Positions 44,064 to 59,000 of a DNA stretch of 64,000 nucleotides are shown here, in pieces. The notes below the pieces were generated by a model. That model had not been told where the DNA came from and made no database searches. It worked only from the letters and a program-made list of their open reading frames with translations. The DNA comes from Nemertoderma westbladi. Taxonomy: Eukaryota > Animalia > Xenacoelomorpha. The position numbers were made by a program, and so were the translations under genes. The stretch spans positions 66,496 to 130,495 of the forward strand of contig JAUCBJ010000699.1 in the NCBI GenBank assembly GCA_032718475.1. The letters are read 5' to 3'. How positions within the stretch are numbered: the stretch's first letter is position 1; every line of letters starts with the position of its first letter.

Positions 44064-47000
44064 GCACCATTACCTAAAACTATCTCTATTAGCGAAGCCT
44101 AATTCAAAGTCAAAGTATTCACCGCCATTACCTAAAACTTCCTCTATTAACGAAGCCTATTTCAAAGTCAAAGTATTCAACGCCATTACCTAAAACTTTA
44201 TCTATTAACGAAGCCTAATTCAAAGTCAAAGTATTCACCGCCATTACCTAAAACTTTATCTATTAACGAAGCCTAATTCAAAGTCAAAGTATTCACCGCC
44301 ATTACCTAAAACTTCCTCTATTAACGAAGCCTAATTCAAAGTCAAAGTATTCACCACCATTACCTAAAACTTTATCTATTAACGAAGCCTAATTCAAAGT
44401 CACAGTATTCACCACCATTACCTAAAACTTTATCTATTAACGAAGCCTAATTCAAAGTCACAGTATTCACCACCATTACCTAAAACTTTATCTATTAACG
44501 AAGCCTAATTCAAAGTCAAAGTATTCACCACCATTACCTAAAACTTTATCTATTAACGAAGCCTAATTCAAAGTCACAGTATTCACCACCATTACCTAAA
44601 ACTTTATCTATTAACGAAGCCTAATTCAAAGTCACTGTATTCACCACCATTACCTAAAACTTTATCTATTAACGAAGCCTAATTCAAAGTCAAAGTATTC
44701 ACCGCCATTAACTAAAACTTCATCTATTAACGAAGCCTAATTCAAAGTCAAAGTATTCACCGCCATTACCTAAAACTCTATCTATTAACGAAGCCTAATT
44801 CAAAGTCGAAGTTTTCACCACCATTACCCAAAACTTCCTTTATTAACGAAGCCTAATTCAAAGTCAAAGTATTCACCGCCATTACCTAAAACTTCCTCTA
44901 TTAACGAAGCCTAATTCAAAGTCAAAGTATTCACCACCATTACCTAAAACTTTATCTATTAACGAAGCCTAATTCAAAGTCAAAGTATTCACCGCCATTA
45001 CCTAAAACTTTATCTATTAACGAAGCCTAATTCAAAGTCAAAGTATTCACCGCCATTACCTAAAACTTTATCTATTAACGAAGCCTAATTCAAAGTCAAA
45101 GTATTCACCGCCATTACCTAAAACTTTATCTATTAACGAAGGACAAAGTATTCACCACCATTACCTAAAACTTTATCTATTAATGAAGCCTAATTCAAAG
45201 TCAAAGTATTCACCACCATTAACTAAAACTTTATCTATTAACGAAGCCTAATTCAAAGTAAAGTATTCACCGCCATTACCTAAAACTTCATCTATTTACG
45301 AAGCCTAATTCAAAGTCAAAGTATTCACCACCATTACCTAAAACTTTATCTATTAACGAAGCCTAATTCAAAGTCAAAGTATTCACCGCCATTACCTAAA
45401 ACTTCATCTATTAACGAAGCCTAATTCAAAGTCAAAGTATTCACCGCCATTACCTAAAACTTCATCTATTAACGAAGCCTAATTCAAAGTCAAAGTATTC
45501 ACCACCATTACCTAAAACTTTATCTATTAACGAAGCCTAATTCAAAGTCAAAGTATTCACCGCCATTACCTAAAACTTCATCTATTAACGAAGCCTAATT
45601 CAAAGTCAAAGTATTCACCACCATTACCTAAAACTTTATCTATTAACGAAGCCTAATTCAAAGTCAAAGTATTCACCACCATTACCTAAAACTTTATCTA
45701 TTAACGAAGCCTAATTCAAAGTCAAAGTATTCACCGCCATTACCTAAAACTTCATCTATTAACGAAGCCTAATTCAAAGTCAAAGTATTCACCGCCATTA
45801 CCTAAAACTTCATCTATTAACGAAGCCTAATTCAAAGTCAAAGTATTCACCGCCATTACCTAAAACTTCATCTATTAACGAAGCCTAATTCAAAGTCAAA
45901 GTATTCACCACCTTTACCTAAACTTTATCTATTACCGAAGCCTAATTCAAAGTCAAAGTATTCAACGCCATTACCTAAAACTTCCTCTATTAACGAAGCC
46001 TAATTCAAAGTCAAAGTATTCACCGCCATTACCTAAAACTTCATCTATTAACGAAGCCTAATTCAAAGTCAAAGTATTCACCGCCATTACCTAAAACTTC
46101 ATCTATTAACGAAGCCTAATTCAAAGTCAAAGTATTCACCACCATTACCTAAACTTTATCTATTACCGAAGCCTAATTCAAAGTCAAAGTATTCACCACC
46201 ATTACCTAAAACTTTATCTATTAACGAAGCCTAATTCAAAGTCAAAGTATTCAACGCCATTACCTAACACTTCCTCTATTAACGAAGCCTAATTCAAAAT
46301 CAAAGTATTCACCACCATTACCTAAAACTTTATCTATTAACGAAGCCTAATTCAAAGTCAAAGTATTCACCGCCATTACCTAAAACTTTATCTATTAACG
46401 AAGCCAAAGTATTCACATACCATTACCTAAAACTTTATCTATTAATGAAGCCTAATTCAAAGTCAAAGTATTCACCGCCATTACCTAAACTTTATCTATT
46501 ACCGAAGCCTAATTCAAAGTCAAAGTATTCAACGCCATTACCTAAAACTTCCTCTATTAACGAAGCCTAATTCAAAGTCAAAGTATTCACCGCCATTACC
46601 TAAAACTTCATCTATTAACGAAGCCTAATTCAAAGTCAAAGTATTCACCGCCATTACCTAAAACTTCATCTATTAACGAAGCCTAATTCAAAGTCAAAGT
46701 ATTCACCACCATTACCTAAACTTTATCTATTACCGAAGCCTAATTCAAAGTCAAAGTATTCACCACCATTACCTAAAACTTTATCTATTAACGAAGCCTA
46801 ATTCAAAGTCAAAGTATTCAACGCCATTACCTAACACTTCCTCTATTAACGAAGCCTAATTCAAAATCAAAGTATTCACCACCATTACCTAAAACTTCAT
46901 CTATTAACGAAGCCTAATTCAAAGTCAAAGTATTCACCACCATTACCTAAAACTTTATCTATTAACGAAGCCTAATTCAAAGTCAAAGTATTCACCGCCA

Positions 47001-50000
47001 TTACCTAAAACTTCATCTATTAACGAAGCCTAATTCAAAGTCAAAGTATTCACCGCCATTACCTAAAACTTCATCTATTAACGAAGCCTAATTCAAAGTC
47101 AAAGTATTCACCGCCATTACCTAAAACTTCATCTATTAACGAAGCCTAATTCAAAGTCAAAGTATTCACCGCCATTACCTAAAACTTCATCTATTAACGA
47201 AGCCTAATTCAAAGTCAAAGTATTCACCGCCATTACCTAAAACTTCATCTATTAACGAAGCCTAATTCAAAGTCAAAGTATTCACCACCATTACCTAAAC
47301 TTTATCTATTACCGAAGCCTAATTCAAAGTCAAAGTATTCACCACCATTACCTAAAACTTTATCTATTAACGAAGCCTAATTCAAAGTCAAAGTATTCAA
47401 CGCCATTACCTAACACTTCCTCTATTAACGAAGCCTAATTCAAAGTCAAAGTATTCACCGCCATTACCTAAAACTTCATCTATTAACGAAGCCTAATTCA
47501 AAGTCAAAGTATTCACCACCATTACCTAAACTTTATCTATTACCGAAGCCTAATTCAAAGTCAGAGTATTCACCACCATTACCTAAAACTTTATCTATTA
47601 ACGAAGCCTAATTCAAAGTCAAAGTATTCACCACCATTACCTAAAACTTTATCTATTAACGAAGCCTAATTCAAAGTCAAAGTATTCAACGCCATTACCT
47701 AACACTTTATCTATTAATGAAGCCTAATTCAAAGTCAAAGTATTCACCGCCATTACCTAAACTTTATCTATTACCGAAGCCTAATTCAAAGTCAAAGTAT
47801 TCAACGCCATTACCTAAAACTTCCTCTATTAACGAAGCCTAATTCAAAGTCAAAGTATTCACCGCCATTACCTAAAACTTCATCTATTAACGAAGCCTAA
47901 TTCAAAGTCAAAGTATTCACCGCCATTACCTAAAACTTCATCTATTAACGAAGCCTAATTCAAAGTCAAAGTATTCACCACCATTACCTAAACTTTATCT
48001 ATTACCGAAGCCTAATTCAAAGTCAAAGTATTCACCACCATTACCTAAAACTTTATCTATTAACGAAGCCTAATTCAAAGTCAAAGTATTCAATGCCATT
48101 ACCTAACACTTCCTCTATTAACGAAGCCTAATTCAAAATCAAAGTATTCACCACCATTACCTAAAACTTCATCTATTAACGAAGCCTAATTCAAAGTCAA
48201 AGTATTCACCGCCATTACCTAAAACTTCATCTATTAACGAAGCCTAATTCAAAGTCAAAGTATTCAACGCCATTACCTAAAACTTCCTCTATTAACGAAG
48301 CCTAATTCAAAGTCAAAGTATTCACCGCCATTACCTAAAACTTCATCTATTAACGAAGCCTAATTCAAAGTCAAAGTATTCACCGCCATTACCTAAAACT
48401 TCATCTATTAACGAAGCCTAATTCAAAGTCAAAGTATTCACCACCATTACCTAAACTTTATCTATTACCGAAGCCTAATTCAAAGTCAAAGTATTCACCG
48501 CCATTACCTAAAACTTCATCTATTAACGAAGCCTAATTCAAAGTCAAAGTATTCACCGCCATTACCTAAAACTTCATCTATTAACGAAGCCTAATTCAAA
48601 GTCAAAGTATTCACCACCATTACCTAAACTTTATCTATTACCGAAGCCTAATTCAAAGTCAAAGTATTCACCGCCATTACCTAAAACTTCATCTATTAAC
48701 GAAGCCTAATTCAAAGTCAAAGTATTCACCACCATTACCTAAACTTTATCTATTACCGAAGCCTAATTCAAAGTCAAAGTATTCACCGCCATTACCTAAA
48801 TCTTCATCTATTAACGAAGCCTAATTCAAAGTCAAAGTATTCACCGCCATTACCTAAAACTTCATCTATTAACGAAGCCTAATTCAAAGTCAAAGTATTC
48901 AACGCCATTACCTAAAACTTCCTCTATTAACGAAGCCTAATTCAAAGTCAAAGTATTCACCGCCATTACCTAAAACTTCATCTATTAACGAAGCCTAATT
49001 CAAAGTCAAAGTATTCACCGCCATTACCTAAAACTTCATCTATTAACGAAGCCTAATTCAAAGTCAAAGTATTCACCACCATTACCTAAACTTTATCTAT
49101 TACCGAAGCCTAATTCAAAGTCAAAGTATTCACCACCATTACCTAAAACTTTATCTATTAACGAAGCCTAATTCAAAGTCAAAGTATTCAACGCCATTAC
49201 CTAACACTTCCTCTATTAACGAAGCCTAATTCAAAATCAAAGTATTCACCACCATTACCTAAAACTTCATCTATTAACGAAGCCTAATTCAAAGTCAAAG
49301 TATTCACCACCATTACCTAAAACTTTATCTATTAACGAAGCCTAATTCAAAGTCAAAGTATTCACCGCCATTACCTAAAACTTCATCTATTAACGAAGCC
49401 TAATTCAAAGTCAAAGTATTCACCGCCATTACCTAAAACTTCATCTATTAACGAAGCCTAATTCAAAGTCAAAGTATTCACCGCCATTACCTAAAACTTC
49501 ATCTATTAACGAAGCCTAATTCAAAGTCAAAGTATTCACCGCCATTACCTAAAACTTCATCTATTAACGAAGCCTAATTCAAAGTCAAAGTATTCACCGC
49601 CATTACCTAAAACTTCATCTATTAACGAAGCCTAATTCAAAGTCAAAGTATTCACCACCATTACCTAAACTTTATCTATTACCGAAGCCTAATTCAAAGT
49701 CAAAGTATTCACCACCATTACCTAAAACTTTATCTATTAACGAAGCCTAATTCAAAGTCAAAGTATTCAACGCCATTACCTAACACTTCCTCTATTAACG
49801 AAGCCTAATTCAAAGTCAAAGTATTCACCGCCATTACCTAAAACTTCATCTATTAACGAAGCCTAATTCAAAGTCAAAGTATTCACCACCATTACCTAAA
49901 CTTTATCTATTACCGAAGCCTAATTCAAAGTCAAAGTATTCACCACCATTACCTAAAACTTTATCTATTAACGAAGCCTAATTCAAAGTCAAAGTATTCA

Positions 50001-53000
50001 CCACCATTACCTAAAACTTTATCTATTAACGAAGCCTAATTCAAAGTCAAAGTATTCAACGCCATTACCTAACACTTTATCTATTAATGAAGCCTAATTC
50101 AAAGTCAAAGTATTCACCGCCATTACCTAAACTTTATCTATTACCGAAGCCTAATTCAAAGTCAAAGTATTCAACGCCATTACCTAAAACTTCCTCTATT
50201 AACGAAGCCTAATTCAAAGTCAAAGTATTCACCGCCATTACCTAAAACTTCATCTATTAACGAAGCCTAATTCAAAGTCAAAGTATTCACCGCCATTACC
50301 TAAAACTTCATCTATTAACGAAGCCTAATTCAAAGTCAAAGTATTCACCACCATTACCTAAACTTTATCTATTACCGAAGCCTAATTCAAAGTCAAAGTA
50401 TTCACCACCATTACCTAAAACTTTATCTATTAACGAAGCCTAATTCAAAGTCAAAGTATTCAACGCCATTACCTAACACTTCCTCTATTAACGAAGCCTA
50501 ATTCAAAATCAAAGTATTCACCACCATTACCTAAAACTTCATCTATTAACGAAGCCTAATTCAAAGTCAAAGTATTCACCACCATTACCTAAAACTTTAT
50601 CTATTAACGAAGCCTAATTCAAAGTCAAAGTATTCACCGCCATTACCTAAAACTTCATCTATTAACGAAGCCTAATTCAAAGTCAAAGTATTCACCGCCA
50701 TTACCTAAAACTTCATCTATTAACGAAGCCTAATTCAAAGTCAAAGTATTCACCGCCATTACCTAAAACTTCATCTATTAACGAAGCCTAATTCAAAGTC
50801 AAAGTATTCACCGCCATTACCTAAAACTTCATCTATTAACGAAGCCTAATTAAAAGTCAAAGTATTCACCGCCATTACCTAAAACTTCATCTATTAACGA
50901 AGCCTAATTCAAAGTCAAAGTATTCACCACCATTACCTAAACTTTATCTATTACCGAAGCCTAATTCAAAGTCAAAGTATTCACCACCATTACCTAAACT
51001 TTATCTATTACCGAAGCTAATTCAAAGTCAAAGTATTCACCACCATTACCTAAAACTTTATCTATTAACGAAGCCTAATTCAAAGTTAAAGTATTCAACG
51101 CCATTACCTAACACTTCCTCTATTAACGAAGCCTAATTCAAAATCAAAGTATTCACCGCCATTACCTAAAACTTTATCTATTAACGAAGCCTAATTCAAA
51201 GTCAAAGTATTCACCGCCATTACCTAAAACTTTATCTATTAACGAAGCCAAAGTATTCACATACCATTACCTAAAACTTTATCTATTAATGAAGCCTAAT
51301 TCAAAGTCAAAGTATTCACCGCCATTACCTAAAACTTCCTATATTAACGAAGCCTAATTCAAAGTCAAAGTATTCACCACCATTACCTAAAACTTTATCT
51401 ATTAACGAAGCCAAAGTATTCACCGCCATTACCTAAAACTTTATCTATTAACGAAGCCAAAGTATTCACATACCATTACCTAAAACTTTATCTATTAATG
51501 AAGCCTAATTCAAAGTCAAAGTATTCACCGCCATTACCTAAAACTTCCTCTATTAACGAAGCCTAATTCAAAGTCAAAGTATTCACTGCCTTTACCTAAA
51601 ACTTTATCTATTAACAAAGCCTAATTCAAAGTCAAAGTATTCACCGCCATTACCTAAAACTTTATCTATTAACGAAGCCAAAGTATTCACATACCATTAC
51701 CTAAAACTTTATCTATTAATGAAGCCTAATTCAAAGTCAAAGTATTCACCACCATTACCTAAAACTTTATCTATTAACGAAGCCAAAGTATTCACCGCCA
51801 TTACCTAAAACTTTATCTATTAACGAAGCCAAAGTATTCACATACCATTACCTAAAACTTTATCTATTAATGAAGCCTAATTCAAAGTCAAAGTATTCAC
51901 CGCCATTACCTAACACTTCCTCTATTAACGAAGCCTAATTCAAAATCAAAGTATTCACCGCCATTACCTAAAACTTTATCTATTAACGAAGCCTAATTCA
52001 AAGTCAAAGTATTCACCGCCATTACCTAAAACTTTATCTATTAACGAAGCCAAAGTATTCACATACCATTACCTAAAACTTTATCTATTAATGAAGCCTA
52101 ATTCAAAGTCAAAGTATTCACCACCATTACCTAAAACTTTATCTATTAACGAAGCCAAAGTATTCACCGCCATTACCTAAAACTTTATCTATTAACGAAG
52201 CCAAAGTATTCACATACCATTACCTAAAACTTTATCTATTAATGAAGCCTAATTCAAAGTCAAAGTATTCACCACCATTACCTAAAACTTTATCTATTAA
52301 CGAAGCCAAAGTATTCACCGCCATTACCTAAAACTTTATCTATTAACGAAGCCAAAGTATTCACATACCATTACCTAAAACTTTATCTATTAATGAAGCC
52401 TAATTCAAAGTCAAAGTATTCACCACCATTACCTAAAACTTTATCTATTAACGAAGCCAAAGTATTCACCGCCATTACCTAAAACTTTATCTATTAACGA
52501 AGCCAAAGTATTCACATACCATTACCTAAAACTTTATCTATTAATGAAGCCTAATTCAAAGTCAAAGTATTCACCGCCATTACCTAAAACTTCCTCTATT
52601 AACGAAGCCTAATTCAAAGTCAAAGTATTCACCACCATTACCTAAAACTTCCTCTATTAACGAAGCCTAATTCAAAGTCAAAGTATTCAACGCCATTACC
52701 TAACACTTCCTCTATTAACGAAGCCTAATTCAAAATCAAAGTATTCACCACCATTACCTAAAACTTCATCTATTAACGAAGCCTAATTCAAAGTCAAAGT
52801 ATTCACCACCATTACCTAAAACTTTATCTATTAACGAAGCCTAATTCAAAGTCAAAGTATTCACCGCCATTACCTAAAACTTCATCTATTAACGAAGCCT
52901 AATTCAAAGTCAAAGTATTCACCGCCATTACCTAAAACTTCATCTATTAACGAAGCCTAATTCAAAGTCAAAGTATTCACCGCCATTACCTAAAACTTCA

Positions 53001-56000
53001 TCTATTAACGAAGCCTAATTCAAAGTCAAAGTATTCACCGCCATTACCTAAAACTTCATCTATTAACGAAGCCTAATTAAAAGTCAAAGTATTCACCGCC
53101 ATTACCTAAAACTTCATCTATTAACGAAGCCTAATTCAAAGTCAAAGTATTCACCACCATTACCTAAACTTTATCTATTACCGAAGCCTAATTCAAAGTC
53201 AAAGTATTCACCACCATTACCTAAACTTTATCTATTACCGAAGCCTAATTCAAAGTCAAAGTATTCACCACCATTACCTAAAACTTTATCTATTAACGAA
53301 GCCTAATTCAAAGTCAAAGTATTCAACGCCATTACCTAACACTTCCTCTATTAACGAAGCCTAATTCAAAATCAAAGTATTCACCGCCATTACCTAAAAC
53401 TTTATCTATTAACGAAGCCTAATTCAAAGTCAAAGTATTCACCGCCATTACCTAAAACTTTATCTATTAACGAAGCCAAAGTATTCACATACCATTACCT
53501 AAAACTTTATCTATTAATGAAGCCTAATTCAAAGTCAAAGTATTCACCGCCATTACCTAAAACTTCCTCTATTAACGAAGCCTAATTCAAAGTCAAAGTA
53601 TTCACCACCATTACCTAAAACTTTATCTATTAACGAAGCCAAAGTATTCACCGCCATTACCTAAAACTTTATCTATTAACGAAGCCAAAGTATTCACATA
53701 CCATTACCTAAAACTTTATCTATTAATGAAGCCTAATTCAAAGTCAAAGTATTCACCGCCATTACCTAAAACTTCCTCTATTAACGAAGCCTAATTCAAA
53801 GTCAAAGTATTCACTGCCTTTACCTAAAACTTTATCTATTAACAAAGCCTAATTCAAAGTCAAAGTATTCACCGCCATTACCTAAAACTTTATCTATTAA
53901 CGAAGCCAAAGTATTCACATACCATTACCTAAAACTTTATCTATTAATGAAGCCTAATTCAAAGTCAAAGTATTCACCACCATTACCTAAAACTTTATCT
54001 ATTAACGAAGCCAAAGTATTCACCGCCATTACCTAAAACTTTATCTATTAACGAAGCCAAAGTATTCACATACCATTACCTAAAACTTTATCTATTAATG
54101 AAGCCTAATTCAAAGTCAAAGTATTCACCGCCATTACCTAACACTTCCTCTATTAACGAAGCCTAATTCAAAATCAAAGTATTCACCGCCATTACCTAAA
54201 ACTTTATCTATTAACGAAGCCTAATTCAAAGTCAAAGTATTCACCGCCATTACCTAAAACTTTATCTATTAACGAAGCCAAAGTATTCACATACCATTAC
54301 CTAAAACTTTATCTATTAATGAAGCCTAATTCAAAGTCAAAGTATTCACCACCATTACCTAAAACTTTATCTATTAACGAAGCCAAAGTATTCACCGCCA
54401 TTACCTAAAACTTTATCTATTAACGAAGCCAAAGTATTCACATACCATTACCTAAAACTTTATCTATTAATGAAGCCTAATTCAAAGTCAAAGTATTCAC
54501 CGCCATTACCTAAAACTTCCTCTATTAACGAAGCCTAATTCAAAGTCAAAGTATTCACCACCATTACCTAAAACTTCCTCAATTAACGAAGCCTAATTCA
54601 AAGTCAAAGTATTCAACGCCATTACCTAACACTTCCTCTATTAACGAAGCCTAATTCAAAATCAAAGTATTCACCACCATTACCTAAAACTTCATCTATT
54701 AACGAAGCCTAATTCAAAGTCAAAGTATTCACCACCATTACCTAAAACTTTATCTATTAACGAAGCCTAATTCAAAGTCAAAGTATTCACCGCCATTACC
54801 TAAAACTTCATCTATTAACGAAGCCTAATTCAAAGTCAAAGTATTCACCGCCATTACCTAAAACTTCATCTATTAACGAAGCCTAATTCAAAGTCAAAGT
54901 ATTCACCGCCATTACCTAAAACTTCATCTATTAACGAAGCCTAATTCAAAGTCAAAGTATTCACCGCCATTACCTAAAACTTCATCTATTAACGAAGCCT
55001 AATTAAAAGTCAAAGTATTCACCGCCATTACCTAAAACTTCATCTATTAACGAAGCCTAATTCAAAGTCAAAGTATTCACCACCATTACCTAAACTTTAT
55101 CTATTACCGAAGCCTAATTCAAAGTCAAAGTATTCACCACCATTACCTAAACTTTATCTATTACCGAAGCCTAATTCAAAGTCAAAGTATTCACCACCAT
55201 TACCTAAAACTTTATCTATTAACGAAGCCTAATTCAAAGTCAAAGTATTCACCGCCATTACCTAAAACTTCATCTATTAACGAAGCCTAATTCAAAGTCA
55301 AAGTATTCACCGCCATTACCTAAAACTTCATCTATTAACGAAGCCTAATTAAAAGTCAAAGTATTCACCGCCATTACCTAAAACTTCATCTATTAACGAA
55401 GCCTAATTCAAAGTCAAAGTATTCACCACCATTACCTAAAACTTTATCTATTAATGAAGCCTAATTCAAAGTCAAAGTATTCACCACCATTACCTAAAAC
55501 TTTATCTATTAACGAAGCCAAAGTATTCACCGCCATTACCTAAAACTTTATCTATTAACGAAGCCAAAGTATTCACATACCATTACCTAAAACTTTATCT
55601 ATTAATGAAGCCTAATTCAAAGTCAAAGTATTCACCGCCATTACCTAACACTTCCTCTATTAACGAAGCCTAATTCAAAATCAAAGTATTCACCGCCATT
55701 ACCTAAAACTTTATCTATTAACGAAGCCTAATTCAAAGTCAAAGTATTCACCGCCATTACCTAAAACTTTATCTATTAACGAAGCCAAAGTATTCACATA
55801 CCATTACCTAAAACTTTATCTATTAATGAAGCCTAATTCAAAGTCAAAGTATTCACCACCATTACCTAAAACTTTATCTATTAACGAAGCCAAAGTATTC
55901 ACCGCCATTACCTAAAACTTTATCTATTAACGAAGCCAAAGTATTCACATACCATTACCTAAAACTTTATCTATTAATGAAGCCTAATTCAAAGTCAAAG

Positions 56001-59000
56001 TATTCACCGCCATTACCTAAAACTTCCTCTATTAACGAAGCCTAATTCAAAGTCAAAGTATTCACCACCATTACCTAAAACTTCCTCTATTAACGAAGCC
56101 TAATTCAAAGTCAAAGTATTCAACGCCATTACCTAACACTTCCTCTATTAACGAAGCCTAATTCAAAATCAAAGTATTCACCACCATTACCTAAAACTTC
56201 ATCTATTAACGAAGCCTAATTCAAAGTCAAAGTATTCACCACCATTACCTAAAACTTTATCTATTAACGAAGCCTAATTCAAAGTCAAAGTATTCACCGC
56301 CATTACCTAAAACTTCATCTATTAACGAAGCCTAATTCAAAGTCAAAGTATTCACCGCCATTACCTAAAACTTCATCTATTAACGAAGCCTAATTCAAAG
56401 TCAAAGTATTCACCGCCATTACCTAAAACTTCATCTATTAACGAAGCCTAATTCAAAGTCAAAGTATTCACCGCCATTACCTAAAACTTCATCTATTAAC
56501 GAAGCCTAATTAAAAGTCAAAGTATTCACCGCCATTACCTAAAACTTCATCTATTAACGAAGCCTAATTCAAAGTCAAAGTATTCACCACCATTACCTAA
56601 ACTTTATCTATTACCGAAGCCTAATTCAAAGTCAAAGTATTCACCACCATTACCTAAACTTTATCTATTACCGAAGCCTAATTCAAAGTCAAAGTATTCA
56701 CCACCATTACCTAAAACTTTATCTATTAACGAAGCCTAATTCAAAGTCAAAGTATTCAACGCCATTACCTAACACTTCCTCTATTAACGAAGCCTAATTC
56801 AAAATCAAAGTATTCACCGCCATTACCTAAAACTTTATCTATTAACGAAGCCTAATTCAAAGTCAAAGTATTCACCGCCATTACCTAAAACTTTATCTAT
56901 TAACGAAGCCAAAGTATTCACATACCATTACCTAAAACTTTATCTATTAATGAAGCCTAATTCAAAGTCAAAGTATTCACCGCCATTACCTAAAACTTCC
57001 TCTATTAACGAAGCCTAATTCAAAGTCAAAGTATTCACCACCATTACCTAAAACTTTATCTATTAACGAAGCCAAAGTATTCACCGCCATTACCTAAAAC
57101 TTTATCTATTAACGAAGCCAAAGTATTCACATACCATTACCTAAAACTTTATCTATTAATGAAGCCTAATTCAAAGTCAAAGTATTCACCGCCATTACCT
57201 AAAACTTCCTCTATTAACGAAGCCTAATTCAAAGTCAAAGTATTCACCGCCATTACCTAAACTTTATCTATTAACGAAGCCTAATTCAAAGTCAAAGTAT
57301 TCACCACCATTACCTAAAACTTTATCTATTAACGAAGCCAAAGTATTCACCGCCATTACCTAAAACTTTATCTATTAACGAAGCCAAAGTATTCACATAC
57401 CATTACCTAAAACTTTATCTATTAATGAAGCCTAATTCAAAGTCAAAGTATTCACCGCCATTACCTAAAACTTCCTCTATTAACGAAGCCTAATTCAAAG
57501 TCAAAGTATTCACCGCCTTTACCTAAAACTTTATCTATTAACAAAGCCTAATTCAAAGTCAAAGTATTCACCGCCATTACCTAAAACTTTATCTATTAAC
57601 GAAGCCAAAGTATTCACATACCATTACCTAAAACTTTATCTATTAATGAAGCCTAATTCAAAGTCAAAGTATTCACCACCATTACCTAAAACTTTATCTA
57701 TTAACGAAGCCAAAGTATTCACCGCCATTACCTAAAACTTTATCTATTAACGAAGCCAAAGTATTCACATACCATTACCTAAAACTTTATCTATTAATGA
57801 AGCCTAATTCAAAGTCAAAGTATTCACCGCCATTACCTAAAACTTCCTCTATTAACGAAGCCTAATTCAAAGTCAAAGTATTCACCGCCTTTACCTAAAA
57901 CTTTATCTATTAACAAAGCCTAATTCAAAGTCAAAGTATTCACCGCCATTACCTAAAACTTTATCTATTAACGAAGCCAAAGTATTCACATACCATTACC
58001 TAAAACTTTATCTATTAATGAAGCCTAATTCAAAGTCAAAGTATTCACCACCATTACCTAAAACTTTATCTATTAACGAAGCCAAAGTATTCACCGCCAT
58101 TACCTAAAACTTTATCTATTAACGAAGCCAAAGTATTCACATACCATTACCTAAAACTTTATCTATTAATGAAGCCTAATTCAAAGTCAAAGTATTCACC
58201 GCCATTACCTAAAACTTCCTCTATTAACGAAGCCTAATTCAAAGTCAAAGTATTCACCGCCTTTACCTAAAACTTTATCTATTAACAAAGCCTAATTCAA
58301 AGTCAAAGTATTCACCGCCATTACCTAAAACTTTATCTATTAACGAAGCCAAAGTATTCACATACCATTACCTAAAACTTTATCTATTAATGAAGCCTAA
58401 TTCAAAGTCAAAGTATTCACCACCATTACCTAAAACTTTATCTATTAACGAAGCCAAAGTATTCACCGCCATTACCTAAAACTTTATCTATTAACGAAGC
58501 CAAAGTATTCACATACCATTACCTAAAACTTTATCTATTAATGAAGCCTAATTCAAAGTCAAAGTATTCACCGCCATTACCTAACACTTCCTCTATTAAC
58601 GAAGCCTAATTCAAAATCAAAGTATTCACCGCCATTACCTAAAACTTTATCTATTAACGAAGCCTAATTCAAAGTCAAAGTATTCACCGCCATTACCTAA
58701 AACTTTATCTATTAACGAAGCCAAAGTATTCACATACCATTACCTAAAACTTTATCTATTAATGAAGCCTAATTCAAAGTCAAAGTATTCACCACCATTA
58801 CCTAAAACTTTATCTATTAACGAAGCCAAAGTATTCACCGCCATTACCTAAAACTTTATCTATTAACGAAGCCAAAGTATTCACATACCATTACCTAAAA
58901 CTTTATCTATTAATGAAGCCTAATTCAAAGTCAAAGTATTCACCGCCATTACCTAACACTTCCTCTATTAACGAAGCCTAATTCAAAATCAAAGTATTCA